Part shown: piece after piece, positions 1 through 11,521 of the stretch
How positions within the stretch are numbered: position 1 is the first letter of the stretch
Layout: each line of letters opens with the position of its first letter
DNA from: Azolla caroliniana
Lineage: Eukaryota; Plantae; Polypodiophyta
Direction: 5' to 3'
NCBI GenBank assembly: GCA_043228905.1
Contig: JBHGNT010000001.1
Span: forward strand, 22,196,001-22,260,000
Length of the DNA stretch: 64,000 bases
Notes under the pieces: generated by a model
The model's database searches: none
Told to the model about the DNA's origin: nothing
Seen by the model: only the letters and a program-made list of their open reading frames with translations
Made by a program: the position numbers and the translations under genes

Positions 1-349
1 TGGACCAGATCTTCTACACATGATTTGGAGTCACAACATTTCCTTTTAGATGAAGACAATGCTTTGATTGGTACATCTAATGATGAGGAGGATGAATCAC
101 CATTGTATATTTGGCTCTATAGTAGTGATTCTTATGGGAGGGATAACTCTTGATTGTATTTTTTGGCATGAACAGTTAACAATATAAACTTGTAACAACT
201 CAAATGATATAAAGCTTAATTGTTTTTAAATCAATCGCTCATTGTGAATAATGTTTGTTATAAAAAACATGGGTTGTTATTTTTACAATAAAAAACATGG
301 TGTAAAATTCTTCCATTTGCCTAATTTTGTGAATTTTCAAATTTATGAC

Positions 350-1600
350 ATGGTGATATTTTAAGCTTTTCCATTGAGTCTTTGAGCACATCTGATACAG
401 GTATCCCATTTTTTGTGAGATGGTTAAAAAAAACCTGAAATTTAACGGAATATTCCCTATCCTTCCAATTGTGTGTGATCCTTCCACTTTTGAACGCGAA
501 CATATTACAGTTGGGCATGCTCATATACAGTGTGCCCTCTTTCTGTGCTCGGGTCACTATGAGGTTTCCTCGGTAGAACTTCCACTTGCCGTTTTGAAAG
601 CTACCACAGTGTCCTTCATCGTCCAGCCTTCCAGTCGATATAAGATTGAATCTGATATCGGGGACATGTTGAACTTCCCTCAGAGTCAGTCAACAACCTG
701 TCGACGTCATCCGGCATACACTTCCTATGTGGACTATCTTGCACTCACCATTATCTTCTTCTTTACATAGCCATGATCCCCTGTTGTGTAAGTTGAGAAA
801 CACTCTCTTGACGGAGTTATATATGGAAAGATGCACCTGAGTCGATTACCCAAGTGCACTCTTCACTTTGCAAATTTGTGCTTGCCTACTCACAAATGAA
901 CAAGATCTCTTCTGCACTCATAGCTACGGCTGATGTGCCCTTTTCATCAGGAATATTCCTAGGTTCGACATTACCGACACTCTTGTCCTTCTTGAGGTGT
1001 TGGCAGTCCTTCTGGAAGTGTCCAGGATTTCCACAATCAAAGCATGTCAGTTTGCCTCTGGACTTGGACCTAGGTTGGCACTTGTCCCTTCTTTGTGGAC
1101 TTCTTTTTTGGTTCCTTCCTCTGCCAATATGTTGTGTCAAGTTTGACTTCGACTGGGATAGGACACCTTTGTCCTTCCGTCTCGCCTCCTTGTTCAAGAT
1201 GCTTGTCTTAACCGCTTGAAGAGAGAAGTTCTCTTCTTGACACGAGGTGTTGAGAATCACCACCAAATTCTCCATGTTGTCCAGCAGGGTACATCATAGC
1301 AGGATGGCCTGCATTGCATCCTCAAGGGGAAACTTGGTTGCCGCAAGTTGGTTCACATACCCCATGAATGTGCTTATGTACGCGACTATGCTTTCTCCAT
1401 CTCTATATTTTAGCCTCACAATCTTTCTCATCAAATATGTTTTGTTGAGGGCATTCTTTCTCTCATGTAGGCCTGACAACTTCTGCCACATCTCATGCAC
1501 ATTTGTGTCATTCACCACATGTTGAAGGACACTTACATCGATGCACTATCTAATGGTGGCAACCACCTTTCTATTCGGAAGTTTCCATCCTATCTCGACT
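350..1600 (-). mobile_element. Degenerate Ty1/copia gag-protease fragment
   Basis: Minus-strand ORF pieces include UBN2-type gag (KLSGLHERKNALNK..LKYRDGES), a CCHC knuckle (CFDCGNPGHFQKDC, 886-1275) and the protease motif WVIDSGASFH near 825-855. Frameshifted. Same family as the gag at 15951. Confidence 0.85.
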
Positions 1601-1865
1601 GTCTAGTCGGCCTTGTCGTCGACCCTACGGTTGGCACGACTAGTCAGTCTCATCTTCGACTTGGATCATCTGTTGTTGACTCTTCTCTATCGACTCTCTC
1701 TATCAACTCTCCATGTATTTGACTATCGGCTCTCAGCCCGAATAGTCAGCTACTCCATGTCTTCGACTGTCAGCTCTTACTCAGCCGAACAATCGGCTCC
1801 TCCCACGGTAGGGACATATACCTAACACATCCATCACTTTGATATTATTTTCTTATATATATTAT

Positions 1866-2387
1866 TGAGGAATATGAAGGCAGCTACTAATTATCAACTC
1901 GTGCAAATGAGAGACATAAATATCAAGATAACAATGAACAAAAAAGTACAGAGCAACAAGATCTTTTAACGTGGAAAACCATGAAAGGGAAAAACCACGG
2001 GAGTCCACAAACTCCAAACAAGTCGCTAAGGTACGAGGAATATACAAAATAAGAAACTCCAAGGAAACAATCTTGAGTTCTTCTTCGTCCACAAATGGCT
2101 ACAGAGTTACAACTCTCACTCTCTCTTCCACACTCTCAGGTGCACTAGTTACAATGACAACAACATCATTATTTAATAATGATTTTCCCTAGAAGTATTT
2201 ATACTAATACACACTATGGGCTATTTACAAACATGGCTTGTCTTAGGTGTATATCAAAATATATTTATAGATATGTCCTCTTCTGAATACGTCTCCGGAT
2301 CCGATCAATTTGGCCCTCATTGATCCTTATCTGGATCCGACAATTTTGCTCATGGTCTTCCCATTTGGAGAGATTTGTTTCCTAACA
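1866..2387 (-). mobile_element. Copia LTR (same family as LTRs at 15416, 29867 and 39258)
   Basis: TG...CA ends and shared motifs acgtggaaaacc...aaaaccacgg and gggctatttacaaa. Boundaries approximate. Confidence 0.6.
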
Positions 2388-4010
2388 ATTTTCACTTCTG
2401 GCTAAAATATACCATCGATATCTACACCCTTTTTCTATTGGAATTCCTTCTCCATAATGGGGGCTTTGTACCTGGGTGGGTTCCCATCTTCTCCCAAACC
2501 CACTCGTTCTGGAGTGCCTTCTTACCTTCCGGCAACTCCGTTATTTCATACGTTGGTTCTCATGCAAGGAATCCACCTCAACTTGCATGGAATGCAACCA
2601 TTCTTTGTTATGGACATCTCCTTTATCTTCCTCGAAGCTTTCCAGCTCCCCCTCATTGGTTAAGAGAACATATTCCTTTTCCAAAAATCTACAAGGGGCC
2701 CTTCTATTTCTCAAGGGGCGTCTCTTGCCTTGACTTTTCACAGCTAGCTCCACATCATCCTCTTCAGCCGGTTCCTCATTCGAATCCGATTCGGATCCCT
2801 ATCTGGATCTGGGTTCTGGATGCCTATCGATCGATCCAGCTCCTTGTCTAGATCCGGTTGGGTGTGTATCTTAGCCAACTGTGAGGATGATCCCGTCTTT
2901 TGTGTCTCCCAATAGGCAATAGTCTTTTCTTCCATGAAGACTATGTCCTGACTGCTGATGACCTTCTTGTCAATCATATCCCACAATTGGTAGCCAAATT
3001 CATCTTCGCCGTAGCCCAAGAAAATACATGGCCAAATCTTAGGATCCAATTTTCCTCTCCGGTCCTTGGCAACATGCACATATGATAGGCAACCGAACAC
3101 CCTCAGATGCCGGTATGACACATCATTGCCCGTCCACACCCTCTATGGGACATCACCATCTAAGGGAACTGAGGGAGACCTATTTATTATGTATACCACC
3201 ATCATTAACGCCTCAGCCCAAAGGGTTTTTAGCAACTTAGCATGCGCCAACATACATCAAACCCTTTCCATTACAGTCCAGTTCATCCTTTCGGCCATTC
3301 CATTTAGTTCCAGAGTGTTCGGCACTCTATATTTTAGTTGGATACCTTGTGACCGACAATACTCTTCAAACTGCCCTTTGTATTCTCCTCCATTGTTTTT
3401 CCGAACGGCCTTTAGCTTTCATCCAGATTCCCTTTCCGCTCTCCCCTAGAACTCTTTGAAGACGAACAACACCTACTCCTTTGAAGCCCACAACTTCCTG
3501 CTATAGTCATCTATGAAGGTCACAAAGTACTGTGCATCAGCATGTGACTTTGCATCAACATAACATATGTCTGTACGCACGAGTTCCATAGTGTTCTTCC
3601 TCCTCATCAGAGGCCTAGGACGAAAGGCGGCCTTGTTTTGCTTGTCAGCCAGGTAGTCCACGCACTTATCCAGATGCATGTTCTTCACCTCCGACAGAAG
3701 TTCTTTTTTGCCTACTATCTGCATGCCTTTTTGACTCATGTGGCATAACCTCTTATGCCACAACTCTTTGGTTGTGTTGGCTGCCACATTTGCCTCGTTC
3801 CGGCTCAGTCATGCATCCATCATATATAATGTATCTTGCTTGTAAGCTCGAGTCACCATCAAGCTTCCTTTGCAGAATTTTGAAGTTCCGTTTCAAAAAT
3901 TACGACTATAACCTTCATCTACCAGCCATCTGACCGATATCAGATTCTGCCAGACATCCAGAACATGGCGCACATCTTTCAGGATCATTCTCAACTTCTT
4001 GAGGTCACTA
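2388..4010 (-). mobile_element. Degenerate Ty1/copia pol fragment (GAG-pre-integrase, integrase, start of RT)
   Basis: LWHKRLCHMS, YFVTFIDDYSRK, LRVFGCLSYVHV..KLDPK..CIFLGY and MQVEVDSLHEN motifs in broken minus-strand ORFs. Confidence 0.9.
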
Positions 4011-4011
4011 G

Positions 4012-6967
4012 AGTGAATCTGAAGCGTTCAGGAGCGAAGATGGACCTCAAGAGATTGTTAGCCAGCCGGCAAGGAGTGGAGGACAGTCCAGAATGTGAAA
4101 GGGCAGGAATTATCGGAAGTTGTTATTAGAATATTATGTAATTAAGTATATTTTGAGAAGTGAATAGACGGACCAGAATCGGTATGCCGATCCGGATCCG
4201 GACCGGTTCATATCAGTGTGCTGGTTGGCACCGTTTTGTATGCAGAGCCGGTTAGGCGACCACGATTCCTGCATAAGCGCAGCGAACATTGACGGGAATG
4301 GATGACTAGACCAACGAACGGACCGGTTACGGAGCGAGTTAGGAGACTTGCTGAGTGGCTGCGGAAGCGAGAGGCCTTCCAGCAGGCGGCAAAAGAGATT
4401 CATGCGGATCAATCATTTTCCAAAGTGATCTGGCGAGTTGCCGAGGAGTCACTCCGTTTGCAACAAGATTTCCACCCCGACGAAGGAAGCAGCTTAAGTA
4501 GTCTTCGGGAAGCGGAATCCCTTCTGCAGGCATTACCTGTAGGAGAAGGCGATTTAGAACCATTTTCGGCCTTTGAATCGGACTCGGACGGCGAATATAG
4601 CGCTCATTCCAATTACCGCAGCAGTTACAACACCCCAGACGGACCGGCGGACGAGGAATCAGATACCTTACCGACATTGGAACCAAAATTGACAGAGCTG
4701 GGAGCCACAGACTGGCCAAGGTCTGAGCAACCCCCGACACCCGAAGCAAAGGAGGAAAGGCCTCTCACAGAGGAAGCAAGACCTCCCGTAGAGGAAGAAA
4801 GATATCCAACAGAGGAGGAGGAGGAAAGACCTCCGACACCACTAGCCCGCATTCCAACATCGGACGACGACATGCCATTTCAATATCCCAAGTACTAGGA
4901 TGATCCGGACATAGAGGCCCACGTCTATGCATTTCAATAGACCTGGGAAGCGAATCATGTGTCACAACGCTTAAACGCAGCCGAAGTAGAATGCTCAAAG
5001 ATGGCGGAGTTCGGCATGACCTTGGAAGGGCCCGCCGCCAGATGACGCCTGACGCAAGATCCCATCACCATCACGACGTTTGAGGCATTGAAAACTAAAT
5101 TCTTACACTTTTTTCATAGAGAGGTGGATCAACAGGAAATGGTCGGCCTATGTTATACTATTTGGTAGGAGCCCATGGAGAACATTCAACAATTTGTAAT
5201 TCGATTCCAGAGAATGCCCAGCCAGCTTAATCAAGCACCACCGGAGGAAGAGACTAAGGCGATATTCCTAGCAGCACTCCGGGAACCCCTACGAATGGTG
5301 TGCACAATCATTGATTTCCACACAAGTTCCGTCGACCAGATCATAGACCGAGTCAGGGAAATGGAAAAATCCAGCTCATGGCTGACGATGGGGGCACTCC
5401 AACGAGCGTTACCAACCGATGAAGACCTCTGATTTCGACAAGCAATTCAATGTACGACTTACGTGAATGCCGGACACTCGGTGCTGGAGTGCACCATGCG
5501 TTCTCCATGCCTGCTTTGCCATTCCAGAAACCACACAATGGATCGTTGCGAGTATAACTTGTTGAATCGGCAAGTGCCACAGGTCTGGCAAATTGAACCA
5601 CGGAGCAACCAGGAGGAGGAAGAAGACTGCTGGCGGCGAGAGGAGCGTTACTGGCCGGCACAAGATGTCTCATACAGTGATCGAAGAGACACTTATGACC
5701 GCGACCGGTATGATAGATATGATAGATATCGGGACTATAATGGAGAACGGAATGAGTGATACAACCGGGATCAGTCCCCCGATTACAACCCACGAAGGGA
5801 GGACTATGGCAAGTATGATGACTGGCCCCGACAGGGTTACCGGAACAAAAAGCATTTCAACAAAAAACGGCATCACCAACGGGAGCCAGAAAAGGGTACA
5901 CCAAGCACCCAACCAGACCAAGGCCAAGCACTTACAACAGGACCTCAACCGGCTGCCGGAGCGAAAGCAAAATCCAACAACACCCGGAAGGCTTACTGTT
6001 ACTGTTGCCGACAATAGGGACACTACAGTAACCAATGTCCAGCGAAACGCTACAATAAGCAACCAACGGTAAATATGGTGGTAGCGGAAGTTGCGGACAT
6101 ACAACAAGTGACCACGAGGTAAAAAGGAAAAGCAACGGAGTGGGAAACCCAAGAATCCATCCGGAAGTAGGCCACTGAATGGGTAAAGAAGGCAAATGAG
6201 CGGAATGTGGTAGAATTGGAACAAAAAAAAGAGAATCGAGAGGAGCCCATCGGCAATAGCCAGGCGGAAAATACAACATGGCATGCGTTGCAAGAATGCC
6301 AAAGCACGTTGCCATTAGGTCGGCTATTGCATTTAGTACCTCAGTTTACGGATGGAGTGAAGACGGGAATGACTGCGGTCGACACGCCATCGGCTCCGGC
6401 ATTCTTTTCTAATCCGGAGGAAGGACCGACGGTAGTGGACACAAGTAGTCTGGCTATCACAACCATAGTCAAGGGACGAGAGCTACCCAGAACGATTATA
6501 GACGGAGGATCCGGCGTGAACGTGATTAGCCTCTGAACTTGTAATACCCTAGGGATCCAGGACTGTTAGCCGTGCCCGTTTTGGCTCTGGATGGCGGACA
6601 CAAGTTCAGTAAGACCTACCGGATTGATACGAGATTTGGAAGTAACTATCAAAGGTCACACATTCCGCATTTCGGTAGTAGTCCTCCAGCTCAATGCACA
6701 AGGGGCATACCCACTGTTGTTGGGCCGCCAATGCCTAAAAACATCGCACATCAAGCAAAACTGGCGAAAAATATAATTACTTTCCGGCACGGCAAAGCGA
6801 AAGTACGAGTACCTACACAACCACGTTCGAGTACCGGCAAGGAGCTGACACCGCTATATGCGGAATGTGTCAACATGCTTGAAGGATTGGTTGATGAAGA
6901 GGTCGATCAGTACTTACAGGAGAATCTGAAAATTGTACCTTTATTTGAAATTGATGTCGCCGACTAA
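4012..6967 (+). mobile_element. Degenerate non-chromovirus Ty3/gypsy gag-protease, truncated before RT
   Basis: Retrotransposon gag from about 4872 (MPFQYPKY*DDPDIEAHV), zinc knuckle at about 5995-6040, aspartic protease IIDGGSGVNVIS at about 6495-6530, and an acidic/Pro-rich upstream ORF 4302-4898. Many stops. Confidence 0.75.
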
Positions 6968-7177
6968 CTCTTCGGCTACTCCTACCCGATACGACAATGT
7001 CGTATCCTTAGTGCCAATGGCATATCACAATATCCTTTGCGATGTCGCGTGGCGCGTGACACACGTGCCAAACATTGGGATGTGCGCGTCACAAGCGCGA
7101 ACAAGCGCCGAGCCTTTATCCGCTAGTGGTTATGGAGGATTGATGATGGGCAGCTGAAGTGATGCACTAATGTCGTT

Positions 7178-7217
<40 letters not shown>

Positions 7218-7260
7218 AAATTGAGGAAGTTTTTAAGATAGATAGATAGATAGATAGATA
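7178..7260. repeat. (GA)n and (GATA)n microsatellites
   Basis: Visible directly. Confidence 0.9.
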
Positions 7261-9943
7261 CACATCACCAATAAGATAACTAAGTTTTCTTATTATTAAT
7301 TTTCGATTTGATACGCAGGTCGTTCCCGAATGTTGGCGAAGCTTCACGTTTCTGTACAAAGGGGTTCTGATGGACTTCCAATCCTTCATCAAGAACTTGA
7401 AGAGCATATAGAACACATAATGATTGGCTGATCAATATGCCTTCGGGGGTCCGGATCACTTCAATCCCGAGGAAGAATGAAGAACCCCTAGATCCTTCAT
7501 TTTGAAAGATACCGAAAGTTGAGACTTTACTCGGCCGAATTCTCTGAGGTCACCTCCGGTGATGACTAAATCATCAACATATAGCAGAATGCTAATTGGT
7601 ATGGTCTGACTCTGCCAAATCAACAGTCGTTGGGTGATCTTCGTGTTCCAAGCATGTGGGGCTTGCATAAGTCCATACAACAACTTCTTCAATTGGCAAA
7701 CTACCGAGGTGTTTCGTTCGGATAGAAATCTGGGGGATTGTACCATGTACACTTGTTCCTCAAGATTGACTTCCAAGAACATGTTCTTTACATCCATCGG
7801 ATGTAAGTGCCATACAATAATGCTCGCATCTCTTCCTCCATGGCTTTCCTCCAATTGGCGTATTTTGCCACTTCTACATAGCTCTCCGGCTCACGCATTT
7901 ATGCCACCTTCACCATATACGCATAATGATGTGCCATATACTCATTGTACTCGTACCAAACTACAAGATTCTTTTGTCAACTGCATCAACGCAACTTCTG
8001 GTTCATAGATTTCGTGGCCCACTCGGCCGACATTGACGTTGTTTTTGGAGGTCCGTCTCTGCTCCTAGCCACATCAAATTCGCTTCAATCCGATGTATTG
8101 GCCTCACTAGCGTTGTCGCGTTGTTACGCGCGTGCGTGTAGAAGGGGCGGGACCGTGGGGGTCTTGGACTAGGGAGTGGAGGAGAAAGAATAGGACATGA
8201 TATGGAGGCTTAGCTCAAGAGGAGAAGAGGAAAGAATAAGACCACGACATCGAAGGAGGGATCGGCGGAGGCAAGATGCTCAACAAGTTATATTAAAACA
8301 ACGAATGGTTACAACAATGGCGGCCGCCATGGCCGCACCAAAATGACTATCCGAAAACCCTAAAGGGAAACCCAAGAAGAAAACCCTAACCGAAACCCTA
8401 ACCCTAAAACGAAATGGGAAGAGGGAGAACCCTAGACTAAGTGGTATACCTTACTCGCACAAAATAGGCAACCCCTTCATAAGTGACCCCTCCCTTCCTT
8501 TTATAGCCCAAGGAGGGAGGGACCTTACAATGTGGGACAAAATTTCCCCTCTCTTGCTATACACCATATCCTAGTATACATGTGCACATGTTGCACACCA
8601 CCGACTTGCCCCTTCCACCCCGGTTTCCGCCTATGGACGAAAATCTTCACGACATCCACCCCCACCAAACCGCACATCCACCGGTATGTGCCAAGAAAGG
8701 AAAAGGGTGAGAGATTTCGTCCACAGTGATCAACCGGGTCTTTCGCCTTACCGGCACCCAACCTTCTTGCCGGTCCCGAGCTGGCGCCGATCCGTCTTGC
8801 CGGCCCCGACCCGCCGACTCCATCCGATCCACCACGTCCACCGCGTTTCCCCGAACCGTCGGCTCTATCCGATCCGCCATGTCCGGCGCATGCACCTTCT
8901 TCTTCGACCGGTCATCCCAAACACCGTTGCCGATCCGGTCTCCCTTCCTTCGCTCACCGCGCATGTCCTCCGGTTAGACCCCCGATTACTTCGATTGCTC
9001 GTCGGGTGCCGCTCCTCGCGTATCGCGTGTGTTCCACCTCCGGCTCGACCTTCTCCTCGCCCCGAACACCTCGTACCGACTCCCTTCGTTCTGCACTCGG
9101 CTTCCGTAGGCACTTTCCGTGCGTCGTTGCCGTCCATCGAATGCATGCTCATTCTTCGGTCCTTACGTGACCCCATTACGCGCTCCTTGCTTCTCCCTTG
9201 CTCGTCGTGCTCTCTTGCCGTAGAGCGTACCGTCATCCCGACCACCATGCCAATGTCCTTCACGACTCCCATTACCGCTTCATCCCGACTCTCGTCCTCT
9301 TGGCCCGCTTGGCCTCGCATGCCTTCCAGGAAGCCGTGCTTCCTCTTCCCGGCGCGTAGCCTGTTACTCTCCACGCACCTCCTCCGGTTCTCAAGACATA
9401 GCCCTTCATGCTCGTCGATCATCCGCCGATACCGGCACCTCACCGCTCCATCTCTCGCCGCGCGCATTCCTCGCAAAGGCTCGTATGTCCTCCGGGTGCG
9501 CTCCTGAACTCTCCGATCGTACTCCGGATTCCGCCTTTTTCGTGTCGCGTATGTTCCTCCTTTGGTTTTGTCGTCTCCGCATGCCGAACACCTCGGCGTG
9601 TCGACTCTTCCTGCTCCGCGCTTGCCTTCCATGGGCTCTTCTCGTTCTCGGTCTTCTGCCAAGCTGTAATCACCGTGCCCGGTTAGCTTCCTTCTCGCGC
9701 TCACCGGCTCCCACCGGGTGTTGTGGCCCGTTCGCCTTGACCTCCAACCGTGCCAACTTTGCCTTTGCCCGGATCGGTCTCGGCCGATCGAGTTCCGGTT
9801 AGGTCGGCTCCCTTCCGTAATCGTAACCGGCCGGTAGATGTTTGTCCGAACAAATCCGACCTTGCCAGCTCTTCTTCGGTTCGGGCCCGGTTGACCAGAC
9901 CCCGCTCCAATGTTCTTCCGCGTCGTCTTCCGGTCATGTCGGA

Positions 9944-11488
9944 TTATCGACCGGTCCATCTTCCGGTCGGGTCGGTTCCCGACTCTCTCCTCTTTGCCGC
10001 TCCCGACCTCTCCGTCGGTCCTCTCGTATCGGGCCTCGCGTCCTCATCTTCGTACGTGTTCGCTCCGGGCCACACCTCCTTACGGCCACCGCCCTTCTCT
10101 CCGGTCTTATGTTGGCATTCGAGCGCAACCGCCGTAGTCTCCGGTCTCGGTGTCGAGAGGTCTTGCCTCCGTCCGCTATGACCTTCCTCGTCGTCATTTC
10201 GATCGTCCGCTTTGCCGCCACCACCTTCCGTCTCTCCGGTCTCACGTGGGCTCTCGGGGCCGACTACCAAAGTTTCTAGAATAGGTGTGGGAAAAGTCCC
10301 GATACCATTACTCGCCGATGCCATGTTCGTAGCCACCTTCGTTCGGACACCGTGGTCCGTGGCTATCTCTTCCTCGTTCTCTTCGTCGCCGTGGTAGGCC
10401 GCCTTGCCGCCACCACCGCCCGTCGCTCTAGGTCTCACGCCGGCACTCGGGCCGGCCGCCGGAGCCTCTAGGACCGGTGTGGGTAAGGACCCGGCACCGC
10501 CACTCGTTGTGTCAGTAGCCGCTTCCGTCCGGTCGTCATTGTCCGCGGCTACCCCATCTCCGATTCTGCAAACCTCGATTACGCTTGCCACCATCTCTCC
10601 CATGCCGTCGTCTCGGTTGCCCGCCTTGCTGCCGCCACCGTCCGTCACTCTAGGTCTCACACCGGCTCTTGGGCCGGATGCCAGAGTCTCTAGGACCGGT
10701 GTGTGTAAGGTCGCGGCACCGCCGCTTGTCCGCTCCTCACTCAATGTTTCGGGCCGCCATGTCCCGAATCCGTAGTTACCGGCCTCCATGGCCGTCCCTT
10801 CACCGCAAGGCAAGAGGGTCGCTTGCTCCGCACCCTCTCCTATCTCGCCGTCGTACGCTCTCCCGGCCTCCGTATAGGGCCCGTCTTCTACGTCTAGGGA
10901 GGTTTCTTCCTCCGCATCCTCCGATCGCCTCCGGCCCGTCTCCATAACAAGCCCTTCTTCGGCTCCGATTTTCGCCTTCACAAGCTCGCATGCCTCTCGT
11001 ATTAGCGCTTCTAGGTCGAGCTCCTCCGAACCGTTTTGCGTTGAGCTCTCTTCCGGCAGTAGTGCGTACTCACTCGCCGCTCTCTCTTCTCTGCCGCTCG
11101 CGGGCCACGTTGTTGCCGACCGCTCCCCATCGGGTTGCCGGCATACCCACTCCGGTTTCGCGTATCCGCACGCTTCCAATAGGGCTACCTCCAAGGACAC
11201 CCACGACTCGTGAGCTTCTCGTAGCTCCTTGACTTCCTTGTGCACCGATGTGGCTGCCACTCGAGGAAAATACTCTAGCCGCATCTCCTCGTCCACGCCC
11301 CCTTTCGCCATCTCGGCCTCGTACGCTTCCAAGAACCTCGGGACATCGTCCCCGTTGAATCGGCCGACTCGATCGACCACCCTTTCGACGGCTTGTTGAG
11401 CCGCATCTCGCTTCGCCATCTTCCGTCTGGCTTCCATCACGATTTTTGCCATCATCTCCTCGAAGTTCAAGTCTTCTTCCATCTCCAT
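9944..11488 (-). CDS. Gag N-terminus fused to acidic, Gly-rich repeat tail (514 aa)
   Basis: The first ~110 aa (VERVVDRVGRFNGDDVPRFLEAYEAEM) align with the Gag at about 59555 and at 63091. The ATG lies just after the PBS. The tail has three PTPVLE..GP..GGG.KA repeats. Confidence 0.65.
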   Translation of the reverse strand: MEMEEDLNFEEMMAKIVMEARRKMAKRDAAQQAVERVVDRVGRFNGDDVPRFLEAYEAEMAKGGVDEEMRLEYFPRVAATSVHKEVKELREAHESWVSLEVALLEACGYAKPEWVCRQPDGERSATTWPASGREERAASEYALLPEESSTQNGSEELDLEALIREACELVKAKIGAEEGLVMETGRRRSEDAEEETSLDVEDGPYTEAGRAYDGEIGEGAEQATLLPCGEGTAMEAGNYGFGTWRPETLSEERTSGGAATLHTPVLETLASGPRAGVRPRVTDGGGSKAGNRDDGMGEMVASVIEVCRIGDGVAADNDDRTEAATDTTSGGAGSLPTPVLEAPAAGPSAGVRPRATGGGGGKAAYHGDEENEEEIATDHGVRTKVATNMASASNGIGTFPTPILETLVVGPESPRETGETEGGGGKADDRNDDEEGHSGRRQDLSTPRPETTAVALECQHKTGEKGGGRKEVWPGANTYEDEDARPDTRGPTERSGAAKRRESGTDPTGRWTGR

Positions 11489-11503
11489 GCTCCCTTGCCG
11501 CCC

Positions 11504-11521
11504 TTCACGTCGGGTTCACCA
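11504..11521 (-). promoter_or_regulatory. Primer binding site, tRNA-Trp
   Basis: TGGTGAACCCGACGTGAA is complementary to the plant tRNA-Trp 3' end (..TTCACGTCGGGTTCACCA, from recall). Confidence 0.85.

Noticed and set aside
1861-2392. Solo LTR with TSD ATTAT/ATTTT
   Set aside because: The left and right flanks are not contiguous parts of one element, so the TSD may be coincidental. Kept only as an LTR.
8686-11232. Many overlapping + strand ORFs
   Set aside because: They are antisense shadows of GC-rich, stop-poor sequence with no recognisable domains.
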